A stretch of DNA of 57,742 nt from a virus (lineage: Duplodnaviria > Caudoviricetes). Each line of letters begins with the position of its first letter. Positions within the stretch are counted from its first letter, which is position 1. The notes beneath the pieces are model-generated. The model saw only the letters and a program-made list of their open reading frames with translations. It searched no databases and was not told where the DNA came from. The DNA lies in IMG/VR virus record IMGVR_UViG_3300042484_002226, positions 1 to 57,742 of that record. The stretch is one strand, 5' to 3'. The position numbers were made by a program, and so were the translations under genes. Shown piece after piece: positions 10,392 to 20,490 of this stretch.

Positions 10392-11341
10392 AAATTAGAT
10401 TTTTCAGTGATGCATATAAAAGCAAACGTGCTAGTCATAGACTACGTGGAGATGTGACATGTCAAGCTCTGATGGAACAAGGCTATGATGCAAAGATACT
10501 CACCGACTGGAGTGAGGTTGATTCAGATACTGTTGTTATCTTTTTAAAACGTAGTTCAGTAGCCAGTATACAACGTGCTCGAGACCAAGGTGCCAAAACC
10601 ATTTACGATCTATGCGATAACAAATTTGAAGAAAAAGGTGAATACGAGCCGTGTTGTCGCCTGGCTGATTTGGTATCTGTTAACAGTGTTAACATGGGAA
10701 TTAGTACTAAAAATTTCACAGGCAAAGACAGTATTGTGATGCCAGATCCGTTTGAGCGTCCTAAACTGTCTCCAAAATTTTCACCTGGCAGTGATATCAG
10801 TTTGTTATGGTTTGGTTCTCAAAGTAGTTTTAAATTTTTACCTCTATTAGAAATATGGCAACGGTTAGAAAAAGAAGTATGCAATTACTCTTATACCATG
10901 ATCAGTGCCAAGACTGACAGAGTACTTAGTAAATTCAAATTAAGACAAGCCAAAGATGCAGTAAGCGGTATCAACTTTGATCGCCTGGACATGCGAGAGT
11001 GGACCTGGGAGTTGCAAGGAAAGTTGCTGGAGCAAACAGACATTGTGTTAATGCCGGTATTGACCGAGAATCCACGCACTGATACCAAAAGTGCCAATCG
11101 ATTAATTGACAGCTTAATCTCCGGACGTTTTGTTATTACTACCTCTTTGCACAGTTACCTAGAGTTTGCACCTTACACCTGGCAAGGAGATTACATTGAA
11201 GGTATTCGATGGGCCAGAGCCAATCCTGAGCAAGTGTTGGATATGATCACGCAAGGACAAAAATATGTTGAAGAAAATTACTCAGCACGAGTGTTATCTA
11301 AACGATTTATAGACGAAATTATTAAACAACTTAGGAAATAA
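10388..11341 (+). CDS. GT-B glycosyltransferase-like protein
   Basis: ASHRLRG, YDLCD, LWFG, KSANRL motifs. Confidence 0.65.
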   Translation: MKIRFFSDAYKSKRASHRLRGDVTCQALMEQGYDAKILTDWSEVDSDTVVIFLKRSSVASIQRARDQGAKTIYDLCDNKFEEKGEYEPCCRLADLVSVNSVNMGISTKNFTGKDSIVMPDPFERPKLSPKFSPGSDISLLWFGSQSSFKFLPLLEIWQRLEKEVCNYSYTMISAKTDRVLSKFKLRQAKDAVSGINFDRLDMREWTWELQGKLLEQTDIVLMPVLTENPRTDTKSANRLIDSLISGRFVITTSLHSYLEFAPYTWQGDYIEGIRWARANPEQVLDMITQGQKYVEENYSARVLSKRFIDEIIKQLRK

Positions 11342-11342
11342 T

Positions 11343-11945
11343 ATGGGAAGTCCAAACGATTTAATTTACATTAAGACAGTGTGTCCAACATTTACAGGTT
11401 CGGTGTTGGAAATTGGGGCCAGAGAAAACTCCACAGGGTTTCGAGGACATTTTGTCCCTACTAAAGGTCAGCCTCGCCTAGCCACAGAATACATTGGCAC
11501 TGATATAGAGCCCGGTACAGACGTTGATGTTGTGTGTGATTTAACAGCTCCTGAAAATCCCTTGCCTAAAAATCATTTTGATCTTGTGATCTGTTGCAGT
11601 GTAATGGAGCATGTGCCAAATCCCTGGGTCATGGCTGAAAAAATATCAGAGCTGGTAAAGCCGGGCGGTAAACTATACATTGCAGTTCCGTGGGTTTGGA
11701 AATATCACGGATACCCCAAAGACTATTATAGATTTACACATACTGCTATAGAATATCTATATCCAAATTTTACCTGGGGCAATTTTGCCTGGTCCAGCAC
11801 CTCTGCAGATGATATTCAATTTCAAGAGATGGATCGAATTAGTGAACGTAAAATGATAATTGCTGATTACGATGAGGCTGGACGAAAAACTAAGAAATAT
11901 ATTAAATATTTGTCTATCAATATGCTCGGAACAAAAAATGCTTAA
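11343..11945 (+). CDS. SAM-dependent methyltransferase (type 11-like)
   Basis: VLEIG, FDLVICCSVMEH, KPGG, HGYPKDYYRF. Confidence 0.85.
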   Translation: MGSPNDLIYIKTVCPTFTGSVLEIGARENSTGFRGHFVPTKGQPRLATEYIGTDIEPGTDVDVVCDLTAPENPLPKNHFDLVICCSVMEHVPNPWVMAEKISELVKPGGKLYIAVPWVWKYHGYPKDYYRFTHTAIEYLYPNFTWGNFAWSSTSADDIQFQEMDRISERKMIIADYDEAGRKTKKYIKYLSINMLGTKNA

Positions 11946-12495
11946 TGAGAAGATAACCGAACTAATAAACAGCGGACAAAAAGTAAAATTGCATCTTGGC
12001 TGTGGTAGCCGGTTATTCGACGGATACCTAAATGTAGACGGCGACTACATGGCGCATGATCCCAATGTCATGATTCATGATATAACTCAACCATTTTCAC
12101 TACCAGACAGTTGTGTAGATGAAATTTTATTAGTGCATGTAATAGAACATATTAGTAGGCAGCACATTCAACCTATGTTCACGGAATTTTTGAGAATTTG
12201 CAAACCCGGGGGTTTTGTTGCGATAGAGTGGCCAGACCTGTTGAAAATGTGTCAGGAGGTTATAAAAAATCCTGATTGTTTTTGGACCCATGACAAACGT
12301 TTAATCAAACGAACAATATCGGGCATCTATGGAGATAGTGCCCGATATCCGGACCCAACAATGCTACACAAGTGGGGGTACAGTGCCGAAAGCATGTGCA
12401 AAATATTTGAACAGGTGAGATTTGCCCGTACCGAAATTCAAGGCAACCATCATGGTAAATCATCAATCGACAGCAGAGTAGTAGCATACAAATAA
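11938..12495 (+). CDS. SAM-dependent methyltransferase
   Basis: LHLGCG, HVIEH, RICKPGG..IEWPD. Confidence 0.85.
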   Translation: MLNEKITELINSGQKVKLHLGCGSRLFDGYLNVDGDYMAHDPNVMIHDITQPFSLPDSCVDEILLVHVIEHISRQHIQPMFTEFLRICKPGGFVAIEWPDLLKMCQEVIKNPDCFWTHDKRLIKRTISGIYGDSARYPDPTMLHKWGYSAESMCKIFEQVRFARTEIQGNHHGKSSIDSRVVAYK

Positions 12496-12496
12496 C

Positions 12497-13240
12497 ATGG
12501 CCGCCAAAGTAGTTAAAGAGCTCTATGGTTTTTCTGGCAATCAAATATTGTTGATGCAAAAACACAATAGACTTTTTGTGCGCAAGATCGGAAATATCAC
12601 ACGGAACATAGAGCGCATGCAAGCATTGACTGGAGAGTATCCACTTCCTCAATTGTACACAGTTTCAAAAAAAATGATTGATATGGAGTACTTGCACGGG
12701 CTAGATATAAAATCGTATCTTAGAACAAACAACTATGAAAAGTTGTTGGAGTTTTTATTGTGTATATTAGAAAAATTTTCTACTGGCTCTGTGAACAAAG
12801 ATTATACAGAAATCTATATCAAAAAATTACAAGAAATTAACTTTGATGACTTGCCATTCACTTGTGAACAACTGTTGGATCGATTGCCCCGGAACTTGCC
12901 CAGTTCAAACTATCATGGAGATCTAACACTAGAGAACATTATCTGGACCACGGATAGAGGATTTTTTCTAATAGATTGTGCAACAATAGAATACGATTCA
13001 TACATATTTGATATTGCAAAATTAAGACAGGATTTAGAACTGGGGTGGTTTACTAGAAAAGACAATGCCAGGCTGAATGTCAAAACAAAACATATACAGC
13101 AAAAAATATTGCAACAACATCCAACCGCAAACAATGACTACTTGTTGATTCTGATGTTGTTGAGAGTGTATCGACACAGTCTGCCTGATACACTTGAGAG
13201 AAATTTTTTATTAGAAGGAATTACATCGCTATGGAAATAA
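12497..13240 (+). CDS. APH/choline-kinase-like phosphotransferase
   Basis: MEYL hinge, HGDLTLENI Brenner motif, LID, DIAKLRQDL. Confidence 0.75.
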   Translation: MAAKVVKELYGFSGNQILLMQKHNRLFVRKIGNITRNIERMQALTGEYPLPQLYTVSKKMIDMEYLHGLDIKSYLRTNNYEKLLEFLLCILEKFSTGSVNKDYTEIYIKKLQEINFDDLPFTCEQLLDRLPRNLPSSNYHGDLTLENIIWTTDRGFFLIDCATIEYDSYIFDIAKLRQDLELGWFTRKDNARLNVKTKHIQQKILQQHPTANNDYLLILMLLRVYRHSLPDTLERNFLLEGITSLWK

Positions 13241-14253
13241 TAATGCCAGCAGCTGGCTTGTCAGCAAGATTTCCTAACATGCGGCCAAAATATATTTTGT
13301 CCGATTTCAAGGGCCGGATGATGTTTGAGCGATCCTTAGAGTCCTTTATCGGCAAGCACAACATTACCATTGGTATTTTAAAAGAGCACAACGACACCTA
13401 CAATACCTCGGAATACATCAAACGCGAATACGGAGATTCTATACAAGTAGTAGTGTTAGCAGCACGAACCACCGGTCCTGCAGATACTGTTTATCAAATT
13501 TTGAAACAAACAGGATTAACCACTGAAGAGTTCCTGATCAAAGACTGTGACAGTTTCTTTGATCACGCGCACCAAGAAGGAAATTATATTTGCGTTTCTA
13601 GTGTAAAAGATCACGAAATACTAAAAAGATTAGCGTCTAAAAGTTTTATAGTGTCCAATGATCAAGGAATCATCACCAGCATCATTGAAAAGCAAGTTGT
13701 GTCGGATAAGTTCTGTGTGGGCGGTTACAAGTTTGAATCTGCTGATTTGTTTATATCTGCATTCGATAAACTACAAAATTATCACGTGAAGGAAATATTT
13801 GTCAGTCATGTTATTGAGGAATGTTTAAATTCTGGAGTAGTTTTTAAAGAAAGTACAGTGCATAATTATGTTGATGTGGGCACTGCCGAAGACTGGTTTG
13901 AGTACAACGACAAGGCTGTGATTTTTTGTGACATAGATGGAACTATTATCAAAGCACAATCTAGAACAGAAATAGGATCCAGACCAGTAGCATTAGAACA
14001 AAATATATTAGCAATTAAAAAATTAATAGCAACAGGCAGTGAGGTTGTTTTTACAACAGCTCGACCTGCTCAGCATCATGCTATTACAGAAAAAATGTTA
14101 ACTGAATTAGGATTTGTTAATTTTAAATTACTATCTGGGTTATCAAATGCTAAACGCATCTTGATTAACGACTACAACGAGGCAAATCCTTACCCTAGAG
14201 CAGTGTCTATAAATATCAAACGCGATCACGATAATCTTCAAGATTTTTTATGA
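13231..14253 (+). CDS. Sugar nucleotidyltransferase fused to a HAD phosphatase
   Basis: IMPAAGLSARF..PK, DCD, DVGT; C-terminal CDIDGT, TTAR, IND. Confidence 0.8.
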   Translation: MEIIMPAAGLSARFPNMRPKYILSDFKGRMMFERSLESFIGKHNITIGILKEHNDTYNTSEYIKREYGDSIQVVVLAARTTGPADTVYQILKQTGLTTEEFLIKDCDSFFDHAHQEGNYICVSSVKDHEILKRLASKSFIVSNDQGIITSIIEKQVVSDKFCVGGYKFESADLFISAFDKLQNYHVKEIFVSHVIEECLNSGVVFKESTVHNYVDVGTAEDWFEYNDKAVIFCDIDGTIIKAQSRTEIGSRPVALEQNILAIKKLIATGSEVVFTTARPAQHHAITEKMLTELGFVNFKLLSGLSNAKRILINDYNEANPYPRAVSINIKRDHDNLQDFL

Positions 14254-15110
14254 AACAAAAAATAGCAATATTCTACACAGGTGATCGACGACACAACCTA
14301 GAAATTACCAAACAGAATCATCAACGACTGTTTGATCAAATTGAACAAATTGCAGACATCAATATCTATTGGTTTACAAAAGATGACTCTGCTCGTGGCG
14401 TATGTCCGTACGAGGAAGGAGACCCTAACCTGGATACTGCTTATCGCCGGGGCCAAGGCGGAGGGATACAAGTTTGGGATTTTGTAAGAGGTTGCGAACG
14501 CACTACTGAACCTTACGTAATGAGGTTACGTACCGATGTTTGGTTCACTGATTCTAGCATAGATATAATTTGCGAAGAGATTAAAAATATCCTAGCAGGT
14601 CGAACAGACATTGCTTATTTTGGCAGTGACTGGATTCACGAAAATGCCGGAAAAGTTTATCAAAAACTAGTCGTAATTGACAGAATCGCTGGCGGTGTAC
14701 AAGACTTTGTTATCATTGCCAATCGGACTCGAATGAAACCGGGTCCGGAAGTAATAGACTATATCACAAGTCTTGCAGCAAAAAAACGTCGTAGTGGCAA
14801 CAATCTTTTTAAGTTGTTGATTCCCATGCGAGTCACAGAAGACGGACTGTACTTTCAAGAGATTGATGCTTTTAGAATACTATGTCAAACCTGGCTGGTT
14901 CGCAAAACCTATAGTGAGTATCCACAAGACCTGGAGGTTTGCAAGGACTATATACAAAGTTATATACTTGACGATAAATCAGAAATAGGTAAAAAAACAT
15001 TTATAATTCCACACCCTATGCAAGATGCTGTCAATTGGTGGCGCAGTCAACACGGATGGGAACCACAAGATCTAGACATACAGGATTTTAAAAGATGGCA
15101 ATTGCTGTAG
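14250..15110 (+). CDS. Hypothetical GT-like protein, paralog of the next gene
   Basis: GGIQVWDF, RLRTD, DFVIIA, SGN, CQ motifs shared with 15095-15769. Confidence 0.55.
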   Translation: MKQKIAIFYTGDRRHNLEITKQNHQRLFDQIEQIADINIYWFTKDDSARGVCPYEEGDPNLDTAYRRGQGGGIQVWDFVRGCERTTEPYVMRLRTDVWFTDSSIDIICEEIKNILAGRTDIAYFGSDWIHENAGKVYQKLVVIDRIAGGVQDFVIIANRTRMKPGPEVIDYITSLAAKKRRSGNNLFKLLIPMRVTEDGLYFQEIDAFRILCQTWLVRKTYSEYPQDLEVCKDYIQSYILDDKSEIGKKTFIIPHPMQDAVNWWRSQHGWEPQDLDIQDFKRWQLL

Positions 15111-15769
15111 TATATATCGGCCAACGAAAATTTGACGCAACTTCTAAAAAAAATCACACAGCATTGTTTGATTTGTTAAGCGCCAGGTCCAAAATAAATG
15201 TCTATGATTTTACCCGGTCCGGCCCCAGTACCGACGGTCCATTTATGTCTAGTGGTGGAGTGCAGGTATGGGACTTCTTGCAAGCACTAAAACAAACACA
15301 AGAAGACATTATTATTAAACTCAGAACCGACACATGGTTTACCCCGAGCTCTATGCTGGCAGTGTCAAGTGAACTGGGTGCTATACTAGACAACAGTAAT
15401 GATGTAGCATTCATGGGCGTGGACTTTACCAATCATTATGATAAAACTCACGAACGAATCGATGCCGGCACAACAAAAAAAGTAACAGACTTTGTGGTGA
15501 TTGCAAAAAGATCCAGTATAGACAACCAGGAATCTGTTGTGACTCGACTGAGTGGTCCCAAACACAAAAGTGGCAATGTGATGTTCAAGTACATTTTGGC
15601 ACCCGATGCCAGAGCAGTCAGTGTTAGTTGTCAAATGTATTTGTTGAGGAAAGACTACACAGCGCCATCAAATTGGCAAATATATAGCGACTGGACTAGC
15701 GAATATTACAAATCAGAAACTGCTCAACAGTGGGTAGCAAACAATAAACAACTTATAGAAGAACTGTAA
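15095..15769 (+). CDS. Hypothetical GT-like protein, paralog of the previous gene
   Basis: GGVQVWDF, KLRTD, DFVVIA, SGN, CQ. Confidence 0.55.
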   Translation: MAIAVVYIGQRKFDATSKKNHTALFDLLSARSKINVYDFTRSGPSTDGPFMSSGGVQVWDFLQALKQTQEDIIIKLRTDTWFTPSSMLAVSSELGAILDNSNDVAFMGVDFTNHYDKTHERIDAGTTKKVTDFVVIAKRSSIDNQESVVTRLSGPKHKSGNVMFKYILAPDARAVSVSCQMYLLRKDYTAPSNWQIYSDWTSEYYKSETAQQWVANNKQLIEEL

Positions 15770-16401
15770 TGCCAAGTGCGTATTATCTAGAAAGTGTAGA
15801 AATAGGTAAACGATTTCAAACAGAGAATTCTAGTTGGGGCGGCGATGATTGTAAAAATTATCACAATCAAATCCGGGTACTGATGGACAAGTATGATGCT
15901 AAAACAGTACTAGACTACGGATGTGGCAAGGGTAGACAATACACAAATCTTGTGCCATACGGATTGCCCGGAGATCAAGTGACACAACCAATGACTTTTC
16001 AGACCAGAATCAACGCAGAAAGTGTTTATAAATTTGATCCTTGTGTCCCGGAGTTTGATACAGAACCCGCAGAACAAACGTTTGATGCGGTTATTTGTAC
16101 ACAGGTGCTGGGCAGCATTCCGGATATTGATATGCCTTGGTTGCGTGATAAGTTGATGAGTTATGCTACAAAATTTGTATTCATAGGTCTACACAATCCT
16201 GTGAAACCGATAAAAGCCAAAAAAAGAATGTATGATTATACCCGAGTAACCTATCCCAGAAGCATAGAATGGTACCAAGAACAATTTGCTGGCTGGACCG
16301 GGTCTGATTTGTACTGGTGGTTTAGAGAGACTGAACATTCAGTCAACAACTGGTATTCTATATCCTCCGGCGGCATCAACCCTGACAGGCCCAGGTCTTG
16401 A
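15769..16401 (+). CDS. SAM-dependent methyltransferase
   Basis: VLDYGCGKG, FDP, FDAVICTQVL. Confidence 0.82.
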   Translation: MPSAYYLESVEIGKRFQTENSSWGGDDCKNYHNQIRVLMDKYDAKTVLDYGCGKGRQYTNLVPYGLPGDQVTQPMTFQTRINAESVYKFDPCVPEFDTEPAEQTFDAVICTQVLGSIPDIDMPWLRDKLMSYATKFVFIGLHNPVKPIKAKKRMYDYTRVTYPRSIEWYQEQFAGWTGSDLYWWFRETEHSVNNWYSISSGGINPDRPRS

Positions 16402-16470
16402 TCAGCCCGGCATCAAAAACAAACTATACACGTTAGATCCCTCAGTGATGAGTAGACCGACGGGGATTTT

Positions 16471-17160
16471 TTATGACTTAAACAAATATCGTTTATGCAG
16501 GTGCAGTCGTGCTTGATTATACTGAACAGCAGTAACAACCAAGGCAAATGCCCACGGCATAACAACTGCTGCCCAAGGTACTAGTCCTGCCCACCATGTG
16601 GCCATTAATGGTTCTTTCATCAACATCAACATAGCAACAGCAAACAACACAAACGATCCTGTAAACACTGTGTCGGGCCAGCGTTGAAGAATCTTGCTGA
16701 CCATGGTAGCACCGAACAAAATGATAGGCACACTGATTAACAAGCCAGCAATCACCAACACAAAATTTCCATCAGCGGCTGCAGCAATGCCTAGTGCATT
16801 GTCAATGCCCATGACAGCATCAGCAACTATAATGGTAGACAGGGCGCCCCAAAAAGTGTCCCGGGCGTTTACATTGTGTTCGCCTGCATCAAATACTAAC
16901 TTCCAACCAATCCAGACCAGTGCTGCTGCACCGATGGCTCGGAGTCCCGGAATCAGTAACAAGTAAGTCAATGCCGCAACTGAAACAAAGCGTATGGCAA
17001 TGGCACCAAAGGTACCCCAGAAGATCGCCTTCTTGCGTAGGTGTTCTGGTAATTTGTTAGCCGCCATTCCGATAACAAGAGCGTTATCGCCGGCTAATAC
17101 AATGTCTATCAAGATGATAGCTAAAAATGCCCAAAGGGCTTGGATCGTAAAGAGTTCCAT
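16471..17160 (-). CDS. terC: TerC/YjbE-family membrane protein
   Basis: IDIVLAGDNALVI and ADAVMGIDN motifs, multiple TM helices, AAGGA SD. Confidence 0.9.
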   Translation of the reverse strand: MELFTIQALWAFLAIILIDIVLAGDNALVIGMAANKLPEHLRKKAIFWGTFGAIAIRFVSVAALTYLLLIPGLRAIGAAALVWIGWKLVFDAGEHNVNARDTFWGALSTIIVADAVMGIDNALGIAAAADGNFVLVIAGLLISVPIILFGATMVSKILQRWPDTVFTGSFVLFAVAMLMLMKEPLMATWWAGLVPWAAVVMPWAFALVVTAVQYNQARLHLHKRYLFKS

Positions 17161-17219
17161 ATATTCCTTAAAAGTTATGGTATCACAGTTTTGTCTATAG
17201 CCTGTTGAACAAAACGTAT

Positions 17220-17903
17220 TTATAATTTCAATTTGTCAACAACCCAGTTTGAAATCCATTGGGCACCGTCGATACCAAAGTGAAATCCTTTGTCTATAAC
17301 TAGATCTAAAAATTTTTCAGTGCCTAATAACTTTTCTACACAGGGTACATTTTCTAGCCCCGGAACTTCTCTATATAGTTTTCTGTGAAAGAATACTAGA
17401 TCGGATAACGATCTTGCTCTGTGAGAAAATGCTCTGTACTCAGGATCAAAATGATTTTGATCTTCATGCATGACCATAAGATTTTTTAGGAATTGAAATT
17501 TTTCTGCCGTTACAGGATTAGACAAATTTTCCTTGGTTTGTCTTTTTCCGCTGAGACCATTGAACGGCCAAATGCCTTTGATGCTCATCGGTAACACCGA
17601 ATAATTATCTGAAATTTGTAATAGGTCTTGTTCTAGATTTAATTTAAATCCTGGATCATAAAACGTCATTCTTGTTGGTTCGGTAAGTTGTGTTATCACT
17701 AAATCTGATTTTAATTGTTCAGACACTTGATCAATCATGTTTAACGAAAATAATACGCTGGTTGCTTGTCTTCCAAAATTATAAACTTTTAAATCTGGTC
17801 TTGCCAATGACAATTGATATGGCCAAGACTGTCTTGGTTCACAAGAATCAAACACACCCCCTGTAAAACTACAACCAAAACAAGCAATAACTTTTTGTGA
17901 CAT
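17220..17903 (-). CDS. SGNH-like hypothetical protein
   Basis: FGCSFT, SWP, YNFG, QLT...R, C-terminal HFG..G. Confidence 0.55.
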   Translation of the reverse strand: MSQKVIACFGCSFTGGVFDSCEPRQSWPYQLSLARPDLKVYNFGRQATSVLFSLNMIDQVSEQLKSDLVITQLTEPTRMTFYDPGFKLNLEQDLLQISDNYSVLPMSIKGIWPFNGLSGKRQTKENLSNPVTAEKFQFLKNLMVMHEDQNHFDPEYRAFSHRARSLSDLVFFHRKLYREVPGLENVPCVEKLLGTEKFLDLVIDKGFHFGIDGAQWISNWVVDKLKL

Positions 17904-17904
17904 A

Positions 17905-18804
17905 TTAAACAAGATAAGGTAAGAATTTTTTGTAGATCAATCCTTGACGGCTTTCCTCGTCGGTCCAGTGGCATGCACTTAAATCATTTAACCATTGTGC
18001 ACGATCGAGCATAGTCGGATTGTGAATTGTTTTGACATCAGTGTTGGCCACCGGCCAACACACACTACTGGGATCATCTACCCACAACGGAACTCCTGTC
18101 AGTGTTGCAGCAACACCACTGCTGCTGTTAAACACAAAAGCGCCGGCAGCATGTTTTAAATCTTTCAATAACGAGTGTTGGATTGGATCACTTACTGTGA
18201 CTCCGGGTCGTATCAACGCAGTTGGATCGGCCATTTTTCCCGGATGCGGGCGTAACACGATGGGCATGTCAGTGTGTTGCTGTATGAGTTTTATTTTTTG
18301 TTCGGTCCAGTCTAGTGGATGCAGGCCTTTCATGGTAAACCCACCGTCCCGTTGCATCAGCAACAGTATGTAATTTCCAGTTGAGCGCCACCCATGCACA
18401 GCAATTCCAAGATCTTTTGACAATTGCTTCCATCTGGAAGAGTCTGAATTTTTATTAGCATAGTTGCCGGTGTCGTAAAACGGACTGCCTATACTGTACC
18501 GTAGATACCGACTGTCATGGTCTGCAAATTTAAAACAATTTGCATCAATACACATTGTGTGATTGCCCGACTGCTGCTGCTGCTGTATTATGTGTGCTCG
18601 TAGTTTTATGTTGGGTGTGTGTTGTTCAGGACTGGCCCACCCTAATATTACGGCCAACTTTGAAGGAGTATATGTATTTTGTTTTTCTACGTGTACTGTG
18701 GCACCGTGAGATCGTGCGCCATCCGCAAACGCTGTCAAGGTATCAACTTTTCTACCGGGACTTTGTTTTTGTAAGGAACTTAGATAAACAACAACATCAT
18801 GCAT
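17905..18804 (-). CDS. Capsule-polysaccharide-biosynthesis-like protein, paralog 3
   Basis: WRSTGNYIL, PIVLRPHP, FNSSSGVAATLTGVPLWV. Confidence 0.6.
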   Translation of the reverse strand: MHDVVVYLSSLQKQSPGRKVDTLTAFADGARSHGATVHVEKQNTYTPSKLAVILGWASPEQHTPNIKLRAHIIQQQQQSGNHTMCIDANCFKFADHDSRYLRYSIGSPFYDTGNYANKNSDSSRWKQLSKDLGIAVHGWRSTGNYILLLMQRDGGFTMKGLHPLDWTEQKIKLIQQHTDMPIVLRPHPGKMADPTALIRPGVTVSDPIQHSLLKDLKHAAGAFVFNSSSGVAATLTGVPLWVDDPSSVCWPVANTDVKTIHNPTMLDRAQWLNDLSACHWTDEESRQGLIYKKFLPYLV

Positions 18805-19807
18805 GTTCGTTCAGTATACGCCAGGCTGTGCCATCGCGCATGTCTACTTCAGTAAATTGGCAATAGGCCATGTGTCGCGCCCAGGCGTCTACTTCGTCCA
18901 GTGTGGGTATTTTTAAATTTTCAATCTCCGCAACTGATTGACTGCACAGCGCAGCAGCAGCATTGGGACCAAGTGTGATAGCCGGTTTACCGTGCAATAA
19001 TGCTTCGCCGGCAGCAATGCTGGAGAATGTCACAAGGCAATGCACGTCGCGGTCCAGGGCCATTTCCATGGTATCATCATTAACCCTGGTACTACGACCC
19101 TGTTTGGTTCTGAACACAATAGGTCGATCTGTAACTGATTCAATCTCTGTTTTTACTTGTTCTAGCCATTCTTCAAGATTGATGTTGTAGATATTCAATA
19201 GTTTTTGACTGGGCGGGGCCAACAATATGTTAGAGCCGCCTCTAAATTTTCTTAATTTTACACCAGTGGCACCAAACCTATCACCGGGTCGTTCAATTAT
19301 AGGGCCAAAGTTTTGTACATCGTTGTGCGTAATTCTATGATAGGTTTTTTTGCGACCATTACCAAAATATCCTGTGTCTATGTAGTAAAAGTCGCGGCCA
19401 ACAGAACGACAGATCTCCATTTCTTTGCGTTTGGTTATGCCTCTAAATACCGCTGGAACCATGCTGGCACTGTGTTTTTCCCAGTCAGAAATTTGTCCGC
19501 CAGATCCCAGTATAAAACTTTGCAAAAATGGATCGTACATTTTGCCCTTCCTCTCAAATTTTGTATCTTTTTCGTCTGTTCCGATTGCCGCGGCCGCACT
19601 GTTGTCTAACTGTGTTAGCTGATTAACTAAAACGTCTAGTGTTATACCATAATATGTGCCGGCCGGGTCAACTCGATATTTGAGAATGTCATCGAATAAT
19701 GTTTTAACTGTTGGCGGTATCATGTCAAACACATGCGGTGGCGGAGGTGGAGGCGGTGGCGGAGGTGGAGGCGGAACATACGATGATCCTACCTGTTCCC
19801 AGTTCAT
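18797..19807 (-). CDS. Capsule-polysaccharide-biosynthesis-like protein, paralog 4, with N-terminal polyproline
   Basis: YIDTGYFG, TDRPIVFR, VTFSSIAAGEALLHGKPAI; ATGA overlap supports a start at 19807. Confidence 0.6.
   Translation of the reverse strand: MNWEQVGSSYVPPPPPPPPPPPPPHVFDMIPPTVKTLFDDILKYRVDPAGTYYGITLDVLVNQLTQLDNSAAAAIGTDEKDTKFERKGKMYDPFLQSFILGSGGQISDWEKHSASMVPAVFRGITKRKEMEICRSVGRDFYYIDTGYFGNGRKKTYHRITHNDVQNFGPIIERPGDRFGATGVKLRKFRGGSNILLAPPSQKLLNIYNINLEEWLEQVKTEIESVTDRPIVFRTKQGRSTRVNDDTMEMALDRDVHCLVTFSSIAAGEALLHGKPAITLGPNAAAALCSQSVAEIENLKIPTLDEVDAWARHMAYCQFTEVDMRDGTAWRILNEHA
19736..19774 (-). repeat. 18-bp tandem duplication encoding a 13-proline run
   Basis: (cggtggcggaggtggagg)x2 + cgg on the + strand. 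Confidence 0.85.
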
Positions 19808-20490
19808 TCGATTGATCTTTGCTGACAATACTCTGTTAGCATACGTTCCCGGTGCCATTCACTGCCTTGATTAGTAGTGGCAAATTCGTGGAAGCAAGGC
19901 GTGCCTAGGGTATAATGCAACAGTTTGGCATCCTCATTTGGGCCGTACTCATCTGGCAACCAGTTCCACTCCGGGGGCAGCTCTCCGATACGCTCGTCTT
20001 GTAGCCAGGTAAAACGGTGTAGTTCTGCGCCAGTAGACTTCTGAATAAACTCTGGTGTAAGCTTACGGTTAGGGAAGCTGTTACAGTTCCATAAAATTAC
20101 CGAGCTCCAGTTCTTGCGCGGATAGTCCTCATTCTTGGCGCCTAGGTATTTCTCTGACATGCGTGTTTTATAGTCATGCATGACCACTTGAACATCTAGC
20201 TCCAACCGACGCAAGTCCCATAACTTGATAATATCGTCACAGACAACCATATCGCCATCAATAAAGATTGCATGCCCTTGAAAGTTCATAAGGTGAGGAA
20301 CAAGGAATCTACTGTAGATAAATTGATTGCTGCCGTCGGTGTGTGTTTCTTTGTAGTCGTCGAACAAGTTCAGGGCCAAGGGGATGATGGCCACTGGCCG
20401 ACTGGCGTACCTAATGATAGAGTTTGCGCATACGTGGAATGCAATTGCTTCACGTGGGTCGTATCCGATGAAAATTGGAATAGGTTTCAT
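19804..20490 (-). CDS. GT8-like glycosyltransferase
   Basis: IFIGYDPRE, F.YSRFLVP, IDGD, RKNWSS, EWN, LHYTLGTP. Confidence 0.85.
   Translation of the reverse strand: MKPIPIFIGYDPREAIAFHVCANSIIRYASRPVAIIPLALNLFDDYKETHTDGSNQFIYSRFLVPHLMNFQGHAIFIDGDMVVCDDIIKLWDLRRLELDVQVVMHDYKTRMSEKYLGAKNEDYPRKNWSSVILWNCNSFPNRKLTPEFIQKSTGAELHRFTWLQDERIGELPPEWNWLPDEYGPNEDAKLLHYTLGTPCFHEFATTNQGSEWHRERMLTEYCQQRSIE

Noticed and set aside
16402-16472. Hammerhead-like GTGATGAG within a weak hairpin
   Set aside because: Lacks the CUGAUGA and GAAA core; more likely a weak terminator between convergent genes.
17161-17219. yybP-ykoY Mn riboswitch upstream of terC
   Set aside because: Only 59 nt of intergenic space; a small hairpin and a 3'-like ACCATAAC are present, but no GGGGAGUA 5' strand or L3 motif. 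At most a remnant; an Infernal search would settle it.
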